Source of the DNA: Candidatus Rokuibacteriota bacterium
GTDB taxonomy: Bacteria > Methylomirabilota > Methylomirabilia > Rokubacteriales > CSP1-6
DNA length: 64,000 bases
Reading direction: 5' to 3'
NCBI GenBank assembly: GCA_016188005.1
Contig: JACPIQ010000008.1
Coordinates: 128,484 to 192,483 of the forward strand
Below the pieces are notes generated by a model that was not told where the DNA came from, did not search any database, and saw nothing but the letters and a program-made list of their open reading frames with translations. The number at the start of each line of letters is the position of its first letter. Positions within the stretch are counted from its first letter, which is position 1. The translations under genes were made by a program, and so were the position numbers. This document shows positions 1 to 11,731 of this stretch, piece after piece.

Positions 1-817
1 CCTGGAGCATCTCCGACAGGTTCCGGATCCAGAAGTCGTCCTCCTGGTAAGCCTGCAGCCGGTGGCGCTGGCGGAGGAGCTGCCGCATCTCCTCCTCCAC
101 CGCCTTCATGTTCTCCCCGTCGCGGACTCGCACCGTGATGACATTCACCGAGTCAGCCTTGGGCTGGGAGGGGCCCAGCACGCGTTTCTTCGCCGTGGTG
201 AGCGGGATCACGACGGTGTCGTCCTGGTCCTGCCCCCAGTTGCTCTGGCCCTTGCGCTCGAGGACGCCGATGATCGTCAGGGGTGTCTCGCGGACCCGGA
301 TGACCTGGCCCACCGGGTCCCCGCCCTCGAAGAGGTTGGCGACCACGGTCTGCCCCACCAGGACGACCTTGGCGGCGGCCTCCACCTCCTCCTGCGTGAA
401 CCAGCGCCCGGAGGCCGCCGCCCACTGCCGCGTCTCCTCGAGGTCGGGAGTCGTGCCCTGGATCACCGAGGCCCAGTTCTGGTTGCCGACGATCACCTGT
501 CCGGTGCCCCGGCGGACGGGCGCCACGGACTGGACGGCCGCCAGCTCGCGGGCCACAGCGCGTGCGTCGCCCTCGGTGATGGTCGGGCGGCTGCCCAGGC
601 CCATGCGGATCCCGCTGGACCAGACGCTGCCCGGCAGGATGATGATGAGATTGGAGCCCAGCGCGCGGATCTGCTCGGCGACGCGCTGCTGCGCCCCGGC
701 GCCCACCGAGACCATGGCGATGACGGCGCCCACCCCGATGATGATGCCGAGCATGGTCAGCACGCTGCGGAGCGGGTTGGCGCGGAGCGCCCGCAGCGCG
801 ATCCGCGCGCCGACCAT
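1..817 (-). CDS. ABC transporter permease, MacB/FtsX family (split from its ATPase); partial, 3' end lies beyond window start
   Basis: The minus-strand frame translates to MVGARIALRALRANPLRSVLTMLGIIIGVGAVIAMVSVGAG...LIIILPGSVW..., a typical MacB/FtsX N-terminal TM helix plus periplasmic domain. The ATG is at 817-815, 5 nt downstream of the ATPase stop. The ORF runs off the window. Confidence 0.75.
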   Translation of the reverse strand, partial: MVGARIALRALRANPLRSVLTMLGIIIGVGAVIAMVSVGAGAQQRVAEQIRALGSNLIIILPGSVWSSGIRMGLGSRPTITEGDARAVARELAAVQSVAPVRRGTGQVIVGNQNWASVIQGTTPDLEETRQWAAASGRWFTQEEVEAAAKVVLVGQTVVANLFEGGDPVGQVIRVRETPLTIIGVLERKGQSNWGQDQDDTVVIPLTTAKKRVLGPSQPKADSVNVITVRVRDGENMKAVEEEMRQLLRQRHRLQAYQEDDFWIRNLSEMLQ

Positions 818-822
818 GATGT

Positions 823-1572
823 TCACGCCGCGGCCTCCTCGGCCTGGGCCGTGGGCAGCTGCCTCGCCTCCGCCTCGGCATCGCGCGGGTCCGCGATGCG
901 GGCGTCGCGCCCGAGGACGCCGTCGCGAAAGTGCAGGATGCGGCCGGCGTACTGCGCGATGTCGGCCTCGTGGGTGACGAGCACGATGGTGATGCCCTGG
1001 CGGTTCAGGTGCTGGAGCAGCGCGATGATCTCGACGCTCGTCCGGGTGTCCAGGTTCCCCGTGGGCTCGTCGGCGAGGATCAGGGAGGGGCTGTTGACGA
1101 GGGCGCGGGCGATCGCGACGCGTTGCTGCTGCCCCCCGGAGAGCTGGCTCGGCTGGTGATGTTCCCGGTCGGCCAGCCCGACGGCGCGGAGCTTCGCCCG
1201 CGCCCGCTCGCGCCGCTCCGCGGCGGGGATCCTGCCGTACATGAGCGGCAGCTCCACGTTCTCCAGCGCGCTGGCGCGCGCCAGCAGGTTGAAGCCCTGG
1301 AAGACGAAGCCCACCTTCCGGTTCCGGATGCGGGCGAGCTGGTTCACGCCGAGCCTCGAGACGTCGTCGCCGTCAAGGAGATAGCGCCCCGACGTGGGGC
1401 TGTCGAGGCAGCCCAGCAGGTTCATGAAGGTGGACTTGCCGGAGCCCGAGGGGCCCATGACCGCCACGAACTCGCCCGCCTCGACGGTGACCGTGATGCC
1501 CCGGAGCGCGTGGACCGTCTGGCTGCCCAGCCGGTAATCCTTGGCGAGCTTCGCCGTCTCGATGATCGGCAT
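823..1572 (-). CDS. ABC transporter ATP-binding protein (MacB/LolD-like)
   Basis: It carries Walker [10 protein letters not shown], the signature [15 protein letters not shown] and Walker [13 protein letters not shown]. It is the C-terminal 250 aa of the long 823..4746 ORF, starting at MPIIETAKL (ATG at 1572-1570). Confidence 0.9.
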   Translation of the reverse strand: MPIIETAKLAKDYRLGSQTVHALRGITVTVEAGEFVAVMGPSGSGKSTFMNLLGCLDSPTSGRYLLDGDDVSRLGVNQLARIRNRKVGFVFQGFNLLARASALENVELPLMYGRIPAAERRERARAKLRAVGLADREHHQPSQLSGGQQQRVAIARALVNSPSLILADEPTGNLDTRTSVEIIALLQHLNRQGITIVLVTHEADIAQYAGRILHFRDGVLGRDARIADPRDAEAEARQLPTAQAEEAAA

Positions 1573-1577
1573 GGCCG

Positions 1578-3257
1578 CTAGAGCCGTGCCCGCGGGGCGG
1601 CCCCGGGCGACTGTACCGGTCTCGGAGCGGAGGGGGCGACCCCGCCCGGGGTGACGGCCCCCACGATCACCTCCTGGCCTTCCTTGAGCTCGCCCCCGTG
1701 CACCTCGGTGGCCGTGCCATCGCTGATCCCGAGACGTAGCGTGACCGCGCGCGGCTTTCCCTCGGCGCCCACCACCCAGACCCGTCCGGCTCGCTCGCCG
1801 CCGCCGGCCCTGGCGGGCTGGCCCGAGGGCAGCTGGTCGTAGACGGTTTGCTGCTCGGGGTCCAGCAGGGCGCGGACCTTCTGCCGGCTCTCCTCGCGGA
1901 TGCGGAGAGCGGCCGTGCGCCGCTGTTGCTGGGGGACGCGCGCCAGCGCCCGGAACTGGGCGTAGCTCTCCTCGAGGATCGGTTCCAGCCTCCTCTGCTG
2001 CTCCTCGTTGAGCTTGAGCTCGCGAAGCAGCCGCTCCCGCGTCTGCTCGATGGTGGGAAAGCCGCCACCCTGCGCGGACGGGCCGCTGCCGGGGGCTCCC
2101 AGGGGCGCCTGGGCGGGGGCGGGAGCCTCCTCGCCCGGCGGGCGGAAGCGGAGCGCCGCGTTGGGGACCTTGACGACGCCCGACCGGGAGTCCACGACGA
2201 TGCGGACATTGGCCGTCATCCCGGGCAGGAGCTTCTGCTCCGGGTTGTCCACGGCGACGACCACGTTGTAGGTGACCACGTTGGCGATCGGTCGGGGCGC
2301 CTTCCGGATCTGAACCACCTGGCCGGCGAAGGTCTCGGTGGGGAAAGAGTCCACGGTGAAGGTGACGCGCTGGCCCACCTGGGTGCGCCCGATGTCGGCC
2401 TCGTCCACGTTGGTGTCCACCTGCATCTTGGTGAGGTCCTGGGCGATGTTGAAGAGCGTGGGGGCGGAGAGGCTGGCGGCGACCGTCTGTCCCACGTCCA
2501 CGTTGCGCGCGACCACCACGCCGTCCACGGGGGAGCGGATGGAGGTGTATTCCAGGTCCACCTGGGCCTGCTGGAGCACCGCGCGCTTCTGGCGGACCGT
2601 GGCCTCCGCCGTCTTCACCTGGGCCTCCGTGACCTTGAGCTGGGCCGCCGCCGCACGGATGGCTGAGGCCAGCGCCTGCTCCTGGGCCCGGGCGGAGTCG
2701 AGCTGGGCCGCCGCCGCGTCGTGCACCGCCTGGGCCGTGTCCAGCTCGCTGCGGGCGATGAGCTCGCGCTTGAAGAGGTCCCGCTTGCGGTCGAGATCCC
2801 GCCGGCCGTCGAGCAGGGTGACCTCCGCCTTGGCCGTCTGCGCCCGGGCCGAGGCCAGCGCCGCCCGGGCATTGTCCACATCGGCACGGGCCCGCTCGAC
2901 CTGGGCCCGCTGGTTCAGGACGCCGGCCTCGACAGCCTCCACGTCGGCGCGCGCCTGGCTGACCTTCGCCTCGAAGGTGGAGGGGTCGATCCGTGCGATG
3001 AGCTGGTTGCGCTTCACCTGCGAGTTGAAGTCGACGAACAGCTCTTTGACCTGGCCGGAGACCTGGGAGCCCACCTGGACGGTGATGACCGGGTTGAGGC
3101 TCCCCGTGGCCGACACGGAGGCGACGAGGTTCCCCCGCGTGACGGCGGCCGTCCGGAAGCGAAGGGCGCTGCCGCCGCTCTGCGAGTAGAGGTAGGCCCC
3201 GGTGATCCCCGCGGCGGCGACGAGGATGCCGAGGGCCAGGCCGAGCCGGCGCTTCAT
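1578..3257 (-). CDS. efflux periplasmic adaptor (membrane fusion protein, HlyD/MacA family)
   Basis: N-terminal signal/[23 protein letters not shown], then a long coiled-coil ([39 protein letters not shown]) and a beta-barrel/lipoyl-like C-terminus. It sits between the TolC-like and ABC ATPase genes. Confidence 0.85.
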   Translation of the reverse strand: MKRRLGLALGILVAAAGITGAYLYSQSGGSALRFRTAAVTRGNLVASVSATGSLNPVITVQVGSQVSGQVKELFVDFNSQVKRNQLIARIDPSTFEAKVSQARADVEAVEAGVLNQRAQVERARADVDNARAALASARAQTAKAEVTLLDGRRDLDRKRDLFKRELIARSELDTAQAVHDAAAAQLDSARAQEQALASAIRAAAAQLKVTEAQVKTAEATVRQKRAVLQQAQVDLEYTSIRSPVDGVVVARNVDVGQTVAASLSAPTLFNIAQDLTKMQVDTNVDEADIGRTQVGQRVTFTVDSFPTETFAGQVVQIRKAPRPIANVVTYNVVVAVDNPEQKLLPGMTANVRIVVDSRSGVVKVPNAALRFRPPGEEAPAPAQAPLGAPGSGPSAQGGGFPTIEQTRERLLRELKLNEEQQRRLEPILEESYAQFRALARVPQQQRRTAALRIREESRQKVRALLDPEQQTVYDQLPSGQPARAGGGERAGRVWVVGAEGKPRAVTLRLGISDGTATEVHGGELKEGQEVIVGAVTPGGVAPSAPRPVQSPGAAPRARL

Positions 3258-3290
3258 GGGTGTCAGACGCCCCGCGGCGGGCGCATATTC

Positions 3291-4700
3291 CTAACGGCGT
3301 CCGAGGGCCCGCTCGAGCCGGGCGATGGCGATTCGGTAGTCCGCGAGGGCCTGTGCCTCCACCGATTGGGCCCGGGTGAGCGCCAGCTGGGCATCGGTGA
3401 GCTCGATGATGGTCCCCACGCCGGCGTCGAAGCGCCCCTGGCCGAGCCGGAAGTTCTCCTGAGCGGACTCCACGGCCTTGGCGGCCGCGCCGATCCGCTC
3501 CTCGGCCTCGGCGAGGCTGACGTGGGCCTGCTCCACCTGCTGCCAGATCGACAGCTCCGCGTCGCGGATCCGCGCCTGGGCGGCATCCCGGGCCGCCAGC
3601 GACTCCCGGTACCTGGCGATCTTGTTGCCGCCGTCGAAGATGCTCCAGTTCAGCTGCACGCCGAAGCTGTAGATCTCGTTCATGTCGGCGCGCTGGGCGC
3701 CATAGGTACCGCTGCCCACGACGTTGGGGAAGAAGTCGCGGAAGGTCTGCCGGGCGGTGGCGTCGGCGGCCTCGAACCTCGCCCTGGCCTGCCGGTACTC
3801 CGCCCGGCGGCTGAGGGCCTCGGTCACGAGGGCCTCCCGGTCCAGCTTGAACACCTCGTAGGCGAGGATGTCCTTCACGCGGGTGGGCGCGTTGATCGCG
3901 ATGCCCATGGCGGTGTTGAGCGCGATGCGCGCCAGGCTCACCGCGTTCTGCGAGCGGATGAGGTCCACCCGCGCGTTGGCCACGTCCACCTCGGCCCGGG
4001 TCACGTCGAACTTGGGCCGCGTCCCCACCTCGAAGAAGCCGCGCGCGCTGCGGAGGTTCAGCTCGGCGCGGTCCACGGCCTGGGCGTTGACGACGACCAG
4101 GCGGGCGGCGAAGAGCTGGTTGAAGTAGGCCTCCTTCACGGCCAGGGCGATCAGGTCCTTCTGCAGCTCCACGTCCTGCCGCGAGGACTCGGCGCTGGCC
4201 TTGGCGGCGTCGGTGGCCGCGAAGGTCTTGCCGAAGTCCCAGAGGAGCTGCGAGGCCGTGATGCTGGCGGTGGTGGAAAGCGAGTGGGAGGTGACGGTCA
4301 CCGTGCGCCGCATGGACAGCGGCACATCGGCGGTGGCGCTCGGCGTGCTCTGGCTCACGGTCTGGTTCTCGAAACCGTTCCAGAGCCCGCTCAGCTGCGG
4401 CAGCAGCGGCGACAGCGCCTGCGCCACCCGCTGCTGGGCCGCCAGGTAGTCGCCGATCCGCGCCAGGATCTGCGGCTGGTTGTCGAGCGCGATGGCCACG
4501 GCCTCCTCGAGGGTCAGCTCGCGCTCGGCGATCTGCGGGGGGGTGGCGAAGGGGCGCAGCCCGGCCGGGGCGGGCAGGGGCTCCCGCGGCTTCATGGGAT
4601 CGGCCGCCGTGGGCTGCGCGGCGGCGACCCCCGGGCAGAGCGCCAGCGCCAGCAGGAGCCCCGTCAGAAGGCGGGGGGCGCGGGGGCGGAAGGCAGTCAT
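3291..4700 (-). CDS. TolC-family outer membrane efflux protein
   Basis: 469 aa with a signal peptide [30 protein letters not shown]. Two tandem OEP repeats ([19 protein letters not shown]...; ...[34 protein letters not shown]) are present. The ATGA overlap with the upstream RND gene stop indicates coupling. Confidence 0.85.
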   Translation of the reverse strand: MTAFRPRAPRLLTGLLLALALCPGVAAAQPTAADPMKPREPLPAPAGLRPFATPPQIAERELTLEEAVAIALDNQPQILARIGDYLAAQQRVAQALSPLLPQLSGLWNGFENQTVSQSTPSATADVPLSMRRTVTVTSHSLSTTASITASQLLWDFGKTFAATDAAKASAESSRQDVELQKDLIALAVKEAYFNQLFAARLVVVNAQAVDRAELNLRSARGFFEVGTRPKFDVTRAEVDVANARVDLIRSQNAVSLARIALNTAMGIAINAPTRVKDILAYEVFKLDREALVTEALSRRAEYRQARARFEAADATARQTFRDFFPNVVGSGTYGAQRADMNEIYSFGVQLNWSIFDGGNKIARYRESLAARDAAQARIRDAELSIWQQVEQAHVSLAEAEERIGAAAKAVESAQENFRLGQGRFDAGVGTIIELTDAQLALTRAQSVEAQALADYRIAIARLERALGRR

Positions 4701-7700
4701 GCGGTCTCTCCTTGGGGGGCCAGTGACCCGGAAGCTTCCCCGACACGGCGCGGGAAGCGCGTCTCGAGCATAACGTAGAGCGTCGGGATCAGGATGAGCG
4801 TGAGCACGCTGGACACCGCCAGCCCTCCGATGACGGCGCGGGCCAGGGGCGCATTGGCCTCGCTCCCCACGTCGATGCCCAGCGCCATGGGGAAGAGCGC
4901 GACCAGTGTCGTGAGGGTGGTCATGAGGATGGGGCGCAGGCGCGTCCGCCCCCCGTTCACGACGGCCTCGAGGAGCCCCTGACCCTGACGGCGAAGCTCG
5001 TTGATGTACTCCACCAGGAGCACCCCGTTGGACACAACGATGCCCACCATCATGATGATGCCCATGAACGAGGTGACGTTGAGCGTCGTGTGCGTCAGGA
5101 AGAGGGCCCAGATGACGCCGATCATCCCCAGCGGCACCGAGAACATGATGATGAACGGATCCAGCAGCGACCGGAACTGGGAGGCCATGACCATGTAGAC
5201 GAGGAGCAGGGCCAGGACGGCGGTGAACCGGAGGCTGCCGAAGGCCTCGCGCTGTTGCTGGGTCTGGCCGCCCAGCTGGAGCGAGAACCCCGGGGGCAGA
5301 GGCAGGGCCTGCAGACGCTCCTCGATCTCCGCGGACAGCGTGCCCAGGTCGCGCCCGGCGGGGTTGGCTGAGATCTTGACGATGCGCTGCTGGTACTTCC
5401 GTTCGATCATCACGGGCCCGGCGCCCTGGCGGATCTCGGCCAGGCTCCCCAGGAGCACCGGTCGGCCACCGTCGCCGAGGACGAAGATGCGGCCCAGATC
5501 CTCCGCCCGCGCGCGGAACTCCTCGTCGAGCTGCACGACGGCGTTGTACTGGTTGCCCGTGCGCGGGTCAGTGAAGACCGAGGGGTTCACGCTGATGTTG
5601 CTGTTGAGCGAGACGAGGGCCGCCTGCGCGATGTCCCGCTGGCTCACCCCCGCCGTGGCCGCCTTCTCGCGGTCCACCACGATGTCGAACTGCGGGTAGT
5701 TCTCCTCGCGGCTCACGAAGACGTCGGCGATGCCGGCGGTCTCCTGCATCGCGGTGACGATCTTTTGGGCCACCGTGCGGGCCTCGCCCAGCTCGTAGCC
5801 CAGGGACTCCACCTCGATGGCCTGCTGGGCGCCGAAGTTCAGGACGCGACTCACGATGCCGCCGAACTGCACCTGGTAGGTGGTGCCCGGGAACTGGCCG
5901 GCGAGCTTGGGCCGGATGGCGGCCACGATGTCGCGGTCGTTGCGCTGACGGCGATCCGGCGAGGCCAGGTAGACCTGCAGCTGCGCCGCGTGCGGGCCGG
6001 TGTTCTGGGAGAAGAGGCCGGAGCGTCCCTGGGGCACGCCCACGGTGGCGACCATGGAGGTGTACTCGCCCGGCCGGAGGGTGCTCCTCACGATGCCTTC
6101 CATCGTCGCGATCAGGCGCTCCGTCTGCTCCACGCGGGTGCCCACCGGCGCGCGCACCCGGATGATGAACTGGCTCTCGTCGGAGGCCGGGAAGAACTCC
6201 GTGCCGATGAGCGGCACGAGCCCGAGGGTGGCGACCAGGACGGCCAGGATGCCGCCCACCACGAGGCGGCGGTGGCCGAGGGCCCAGTGCAGGGCCCGCT
6301 GGTAGACGACGTCCAGGCGCAGGAGCGTGCTGGAGCTCCAGCCGAGAAGCCGGGCCAAGGGGTTCTGGCGTCGGGGCGCGGCCTCCGGAGCCCCCTTGAG
6401 CCAGTGCAGGCAGAGGAGCGGGGTGACGGTCCGCGAGATGAGGAAGGAGGCGAAGAGCGAGCACGAGATGGTGAAGGTGAGGGGAATGAAGAGGAGCCGC
6501 GCCTGCCCCTCGAGGAAGACCGTGGGCAGGAACACCACGATCGTGGTGATGGTGGAGACGAAGATCGGCATGGCCACCTCGCGGGCGGCGTCCAGCACTG
6601 CGAGCCGCCGGGGCTTGTCGGCGATGGCGAGGTGGCGGTTGATGTTCTCCAGCTCCACGATGGAGTCGTCCAGCAGGCGGCCCACGGCCAGCGCGAGCCC
6701 CCCGAGCGTGAAGACGTTGAGCGTCTGCCCGAGGAGGTACATGGCGATCATCGTGAGGAGCAGCGAGAGCGGAATGGCGATGGAGATGATCAGCGTCGAG
6801 ACCAGCGACCGCAGGAAGAGCAGGATGACGAGGAAGGCCAGCACCGAGCCCAGGGCGGCCTCGTGCCACAGGCTCCGGATCGACTGCTTGATGTAGACCG
6901 ACTGGTCGAAGGTGAGGTTGACGGCCACGCCGGCGGGCACCCCGAGCAGCTTCGGCACCACCGCCTTGATCGAGTCCACCACCTCCACCGTGTTGGCCCC
7001 CGGCTGCTTGTTGACCCGGAGATAGACGGCGCGCTCGCCGTTGACGCGGGCGATGGACTGCTGCGTTTCCCACGAGTCGTCCACGCGGCCGAGGTCGCGC
7101 AGGCGGATGGGCGTGCCGCCGCTCCGGCGAACCACGATGCCCTCCATGGGCTCCACCACGGAGAACTGGTTGTTGGTGAAGACGTTGTAGTCGAGCTGGC
7201 CGAGCTTCACGTCTCCCGAGGGGAGGAGGAAGTTGGAGTCGTTGACCGCCCTGGCGACCTCGGTGACGGAGATGGCCTTGGCGTAGAGGAGGTCACGGTT
7301 CAGGTTCACGGTGATCTGCCGGATCTTGCCGCCGTCCACGTTGGCCGAGGCGACGCCCGGTACCCGCTCCAGCTGGGGCTCGATGGTGTTGTAGGCGAGG
7401 TCGTAGAGCTGCTTCTCGTCCAGCCCGCCGCCCGAGACGGTGACGAGGCAGACCGGGATGTTCGAGAGGTCGAACTTGAGGATGAAGGGCTGCTGCACGC
7501 CCGCAGGGAGCGCGTTCATGATCTGCTGGATCCGCTGGACCACCTCCGTGAGCCCGGCGTCCAGATCGTACCCCCACTGGAAGGCCACCTCGACGACGGA
7601 GATGCCCTGCCGCGACCGCGATTCCACGTGACGCACGCCGGCCACGGCCGAGACCGCCTTCTCGATGGGGTAGGTGACCGTCCGCTCCACGTCCTGGACA

Positions 7701-7864
7701 TTCGCCCCCTTGTAGATGGTGCCGATGCGGATGGACGGAAAGTTGATGTTGGGGAAGAGATCGATGGGCGTCCGGCTGAGCGAGGTGGCGCCGAGCAGCA
7801 CGATGGCCAGCGAGGCCATGAGGACTGCAATGCCGTTGCGAAGGGCCAGGAGGGTGAGCCACAT
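4697..7864 (-). CDS. RND efflux transporter permease (AcrB/HAE1 family)
   Basis: 1055 aa and 12-TM AcrB-like throughout ([25 protein letters not shown]...; ...[14 protein letters not shown]...). Confidence 0.9.
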   Translation of the reverse strand: MWLTLLALRNGIAVLMASLAIVLLGATSLSRTPIDLFPNINFPSIRIGTIYKGANVQDVERTVTYPIEKAVSAVAGVRHVESRSRQGISVVEVAFQWGYDLDAGLTEVVQRIQQIMNALPAGVQQPFILKFDLSNIPVCLVTVSGGGLDEKQLYDLAYNTIEPQLERVPGVASANVDGGKIRQITVNLNRDLLYAKAISVTEVARAVNDSNFLLPSGDVKLGQLDYNVFTNNQFSVVEPMEGIVVRRSGGTPIRLRDLGRVDDSWETQQSIARVNGERAVYLRVNKQPGANTVEVVDSIKAVVPKLLGVPAGVAVNLTFDQSVYIKQSIRSLWHEAALGSVLAFLVILLFLRSLVSTLIISIAIPLSLLLTMIAMYLLGQTLNVFTLGGLALAVGRLLDDSIVELENINRHLAIADKPRRLAVLDAAREVAMPIFVSTITTIVVFLPTVFLEGQARLLFIPLTFTISCSLFASFLISRTVTPLLCLHWLKGAPEAAPRRQNPLARLLGWSSSTLLRLDVVYQRALHWALGHRRLVVGGILAVLVATLGLVPLIGTEFFPASDESQFIIRVRAPVGTRVEQTERLIATMEGIVRSTLRPGEYTSMVATVGVPQGRSGLFSQNTGPHAAQLQVYLASPDRRQRNDRDIVAAIRPKLAGQFPGTTYQVQFGGIVSRVLNFGAQQAIEVESLGYELGEARTVAQKIVTAMQETAGIADVFVSREENYPQFDIVVDREKAATAGVSQRDIAQAALVSLNSNISVNPSVFTDPRTGNQYNAVVQLDEEFRARAEDLGRIFVLGDGGRPVLLGSLAEIRQGAGPVMIERKYQQRIVKISANPAGRDLGTLSAEIEERLQALPLPPGFSLQLGGQTQQQREAFGSLRFTAVLALLLVYMVMASQFRSLLDPFIIMFSVPLGMIGVIWALFLTHTTLNVTSFMGIIMMVGIVVSNGVLLVEYINELRRQGQGLLEAVVNGGRTRLRPILMTTLTTLVALFPMALGIDVGSEANAPLARAVIGGLAVSSVLTLILIPTLYVMLETRFPRRVGEASGSLAPQGETA

Positions 7865-7871
7865 GGAGCGG

Positions 7872-9176
7872 CTAGCCCCCCGTCGCTGGCACGGCGCGGA
7901 CCGTCTGCCCCGGCTTCACGAGGTCCTTGCCCTGGACGATGACCTGGTCGGCCTCGGCGAGCCCGCTGACCACCTCGAGCCAGCCGCCGTCGGCCAGGCC
8001 GACCTCGACGGCCACGGACTGCGCCGCGCCCCCGCGCACGGCCATCACCGAGGGCTTGCCCTCGCCGAGCCGCAGGGCCTCGACCGGGATGACCAGCGCG
8101 GCAGCGCGCCGGTCCACGACCAGGTCCACCCGCGCGAACATCCCGGGCTTGAGCCGCCCGTCGGGGTTGGGGATGTCCACCTCGATGCCCATGGTGCGAC
8201 TCCGCGGATCGAGGTTCTGAACGATCCGGGCGACGCGTCCCGTGAAGACCTCGCCCCTGTACGGGTCCACGCCCAGGCGGACGGCGAGCCCCGGCGTGAC
8301 CCGGGCGATCTGTCGCTCCGGGACCTCGACCTGGACTCTCACGCTGGCGATGTCCTGGAGGACGAGGATCCCGAGGGACGAGGTGTTGGTGCCCGAGGAC
8401 TGAGCGCTGACCGTGGCGCCGGGGTCCAGGTTGCGCTGGGAGACGAAGCCGGTGAAGGGGGCGACGAGCCGCGTGTTGGAAAGGTTGGTCTCGGCCAGGC
8501 GGAGCGTGGCGCGGTAGGTCTCCACCTGCGCCATGGCCAGGCGCACCTGGCTCTCCGAGGTGGCGATCTGGGTCTCGGCGACGAGCAGCTGGGCGTCGGC
8601 CGACTGGACGCTGGCCCGCGAGGACTCGGCCAGCGTCCGCGCATTGTCCCAGTCGGTCGCGGAGACCAGCCCCCGCTCGAACAGGGTCTTCATCCGCTCG
8701 GCCTGGCGGGCGTCGTTGGCCGCCACGGCCCGCGCCCGGCTCAGGTTGGCGCGCTGGTTCTCGAGGCTCGCCCGGTGGCCCTCGAGCGTCGAGCGCGCCA
8801 TCTGCAGCCCCGCCTGGCCGCTGAGCAGGCCGGCCCGCGCCTGCTCCACCTGGGCCTGGAGCTCCTGGTCGTCGATCTCGACGAGGAGCTGGCCGGCGCG
8901 GACGAGATCGCCCCGGTCGGCGTGGATGCGGCGGATGTAGCCCGAGACCTTGGAGAAGATCGCAGCCTGCTGGGCCGGGAGGATATCGGCGGTGGAGGCG
9001 AGCTTCACCTCGAGGTCGCGGCGCGCCGGCGTGATGACCCCCACCAGGGCGTCGTCCCTGGGGTGCTGAACGGCGCGCGCCTGCTGATCCTTCAGCCGGG
9101 AGGCCACGAGAACCCCGAGGATGATCGCCAGGCCCAGCAGGGCCAGGCCGACCCGGTAGCGTCTCAACGGGCCCAC
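7872..9176 (-). CDS. RND efflux periplasmic adaptor subunit (AcrA-like)
   Basis: 434 aa with an N-terminal TM and coiled-coil (QELQAQVEQARAGLLSGQAGLQMARSTLEGHRASLENQRANL). It is the first gene of the efflux operon. Confidence 0.85.
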   Translation of the reverse strand: MGPLRRYRVGLALLGLAIILGVLVASRLKDQQARAVQHPRDDALVGVITPARRDLEVKLASTADILPAQQAAIFSKVSGYIRRIHADRGDLVRAGQLLVEIDDQELQAQVEQARAGLLSGQAGLQMARSTLEGHRASLENQRANLSRARAVAANDARQAERMKTLFERGLVSATDWDNARTLAESSRASVQSADAQLLVAETQIATSESQVRLAMAQVETYRATLRLAETNLSNTRLVAPFTGFVSQRNLDPGATVSAQSSGTNTSSLGILVLQDIASVRVQVEVPERQIARVTPGLAVRLGVDPYRGEVFTGRVARIVQNLDPRSRTMGIEVDIPNPDGRLKPGMFARVDLVVDRRAAALVIPVEALRLGEGKPSVMAVRGGAAQSVAVEVGLADGGWLEVVSGLAEADQVIVQGKDLVKPGQTVRAVPATGG

Positions 9177-9406
9177 GGGCTGCTGGCGGGGCCGGGGGCC
9201 CGGAGGCGGATTGCCCTGCAGTGCCCGCGTCTCCGGGCGGAGGGCAGGAGGCAGTTCATAGGGCTCCCACGACCATGGCCCCCCATTCTAGCCATTCCGC
9301 GGGCCCACGCAAACATCGAAGTTCCCGGGGGAAAACGGCGGGGAGCCCGAGGGCCATGTGCTACGCTTACTCCTGCGTCCCTTTCAGCGGGCGCAGGAGT
9401 CCTTCA

Positions 9407-11713
9407 ATGGACCGTTCCCCGCTAGCCGAGGACAGGCCGGCCAAGACCGGCCGCTGGAGCGAGGCCGCCCTCCGCGTGCTGCGCGAGCGCTATCTCTCCC
9501 GTGACCGGGGTGAGGTGGTGGAGACGCCGGAGGAGATGTGCTGGCGGGTCGCCCGTGCCATCGCCGCCGCCGAGGAGCGCGTCGGACGGAGCGCCGCCGC
9601 GATCCGCGAGGTGGCCGCGGCCTTCTACGACGTGATGGTGGAAGGCCGCTTCCTGCCCAACTCGCCGACGCTGATGAATGCGGGCAAGGGGAACCTGCTC
9701 CAGTACTCGGCCTGCTACGTGCTGCCCGTGGGCGACTCCATGGAGGAGATCTTCGAGTCCGTGAAGGCCGCCGCAATCATCCACCAGTCCGGCGGGGGAA
9801 CGGGCTTCGCCTTCTCGCGCCTCAGGCCGAAGAACGACTTCGTGCGCTCCACGGGCGGGCGGGCCTCGGGTCCCGTGTCCTTCCTCCGGGTGTTCAACGC
9901 CGCCACCGATGCGGTGAAGCAGGGGGGGATGCGCCGGGGCGCGAACATGGGCATTCTGCGCGTGGACCATCCCGACATCCTGGAGTTCGTCGAGTGCAAG
10001 CTCGACGGGGGTATCACCAACTTCAACATCTCGGTGGCGGCCACCGACACGTTCATGGAGGCGCTCGCGCGCGGTGGCGACTACGAGCTGGTCAACCCGC
10101 GTACGGGGCTCGCGACGGGCCGGCTGTCGGCGCGCGAGGTGTTCGACCGCATCGTGCGCGCCGCGTGGCGCACGGGCGACCCGGGGATGATCTTCCTCGA
10201 CCGCATCAACGCCAGTCCCGCGAACCCCACCCCCGAGCTCGGGCTCATCGAGGCGACGAACCCGTGCGGGGAGCAGGCTCTCGGGCCCAACGACGCCTGT
10301 AACCTCGGCTCCGTCAACGTCTCGCGCCTCGTCCGCGAGCCGGCGCCGGAGGGATGGAGCATCGACTGGGACGAGCTGGAGCACGTGGTACGCTTGGCCG
10401 TGCGCTTCCTCGACGACGTGATCGAAGTGAACCCTTACCCGCTGCCGCAGATCGACGCCATGGTGAAGGCCAACCGGCGCATCGGGCTCGGGATCATGGG
10501 CTGGGCCGACCTGCTGTTCACGCTCGGGATTCCGTACGACAGCCAGGAGGCGCTGGACCTCGCCGAGCGGCTCATGGCCTTCGTGAACGACAAGGCGCAC
10601 GATCAGTCGGCGCGGCTGGCCGAGGAGCGTGGCCCCTTCCCCAACTGGAGCCGCTCGAGCTATCGCGCCGGGCGGCCGCTGCGCAACGCCACGGTGACGG
10701 CCATCGCGCCCACGGGCACGATCTCCATGATCGCCGGCTGCTCCTCGGGCATCGAGCCGGTGTTCGCGCTCGCCTTCGAACATCGCGTGAAGGGCGCCGA
10801 CGGCGATCGCGTCCTGCCCTTCGTGAACCAGACCTTCGAGCGCCTGGCGCGGGCGCGGGGATTCCACTCCGAGGCGCTCATGTCCGAGGTGGCGCGCCGC
10901 GGCTCCATCCAGGGCATCCCGGGAGTGGACGAGGCGACGCGGCGTGTCTTCAAGACCGCGCACGAGATCGACGCCCGGTGGCACGTCCGCCAGCAGGCCG
11001 CTTTCCAGCGCCACACCGACAACGGCGTGTCCAAGACGATCAACCTGCCCCAGGAAGCGACGGAGGGCGACGTGGCGCAGGCCTATCTCCTGGCCTGGGA
11101 GGAGGGCTGCCTCGGCATCACGGTCTTCCGTGACGGCTGCAAGGGGACGCAGGTGCTGAATGTCGGGGTGGGCCCGGGCGGGCCGCGCGAGGCGGACACC
11201 TCGCTGCTCGGGGAGCGCGTGGTCAAGCCGCGCCCCCACAGCCTGGCCGGACACACCTACCGGATGGAGACGCCCATCGGGACCGCCTTCGTCACGGTCA
11301 ATGACACCGAGAGCGGGGAGCCCTTCGAGGTCTTCGTGCAGGTGGGGAAGGCGGGCTCCGACACCATGGCGGTGGCCGAGGCGCTGGGACGGCTGGTCTC
11401 GCTGGTCCTGCGGCTGCCCTCGCCGCTGTCGGCGCAGCGCCGGGTGGAGGAAGTGATCAGCCAGCTCGCGCGGATCGGGGGCGGCCAGCCCACGGGCTTC
11501 GGCGCCTCCAAGGTGCTGTCGCTGCCGGACGCGCTGGCGCGTGTCCTGGGCGAGCACATCGGTGACGTCGCCGGTCGCGGGAGCGGCGCGGCGCGCACGG
11601 GACAGCCCTGGGTGCGCCAGGTCGGCGACCTCTGCCGGGAGTGCGGCCAGGCGACGTTCATCTACGAGGAGGGTTGCAAGAAGTGCCTGTCCTGCGGCTT
11701 CAACGAATGCTAG
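9407..11713 (+). CDS. nrdJ: vitamin B12-dependent (class II) ribonucleoside-diphosphate reductase
   Basis: N-terminus MDRSPLAEDRPAKTGRWSEAALRVLRERYLSRDRGEVVETPEEMCWRVARAIA, NxCGEQ/thiyl-radical region and a C-terminal Cys-rich Zn ribbon CRECGQATFIYEEGCKKCLSCGFNEC. AGGAG lies 7 nt upstream of the ATG at 9407. The supplied ORF 9221.. is an upstream extension of the same frame. Confidence 0.9.
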   Translation: MDRSPLAEDRPAKTGRWSEAALRVLRERYLSRDRGEVVETPEEMCWRVARAIAAAEERVGRSAAAIREVAAAFYDVMVEGRFLPNSPTLMNAGKGNLLQYSACYVLPVGDSMEEIFESVKAAAIIHQSGGGTGFAFSRLRPKNDFVRSTGGRASGPVSFLRVFNAATDAVKQGGMRRGANMGILRVDHPDILEFVECKLDGGITNFNISVAATDTFMEALARGGDYELVNPRTGLATGRLSAREVFDRIVRAAWRTGDPGMIFLDRINASPANPTPELGLIEATNPCGEQALGPNDACNLGSVNVSRLVREPAPEGWSIDWDELEHVVRLAVRFLDDVIEVNPYPLPQIDAMVKANRRIGLGIMGWADLLFTLGIPYDSQEALDLAERLMAFVNDKAHDQSARLAEERGPFPNWSRSSYRAGRPLRNATVTAIAPTGTISMIAGCSSGIEPVFALAFEHRVKGADGDRVLPFVNQTFERLARARGFHSEALMSEVARRGSIQGIPGVDEATRRVFKTAHEIDARWHVRQQAAFQRHTDNGVSKTINLPQEATEGDVAQAYLLAWEEGCLGITVFRDGCKGTQVLNVGVGPGGPREADTSLLGERVVKPRPHSLAGHTYRMETPIGTAFVTVNDTESGEPFEVFVQVGKAGSDTMAVAEALGRLVSLVLRLPSPLSAQRRVEEVISQLARIGGGQPTGFGASKVLSLPDALARVLGEHIGDVAGRGSGAARTGQPWVRQVGDLCRECGQATFIYEEGCKKCLSCGFNEC

Positions 11714-11731
11714 GTCCGGCGGGGGTGAGGC

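Noticed and set aside
823-4746. Single 1307-aa ORF spanning ABC ATPase, adaptor and TolC-like regions
   Set aside because: Only the C-terminal 250 aa (823..1572) is a coherent ABC ATPase. The rest of the frame is antisense or out of frame relative to the adaptor and TolC-like genes, which have their own starts and signal peptides.
9177-9406. NrdR box or B12 riboswitch upstream of nrdJ
   Set aside because: No 16-bp ACACwAtATaTwGTGT-like palindrome and no recognisable B12-box/cobalamin riboswitch core could be found by eye. The region is GC-rich spacer shared with the efflux operon promoter.
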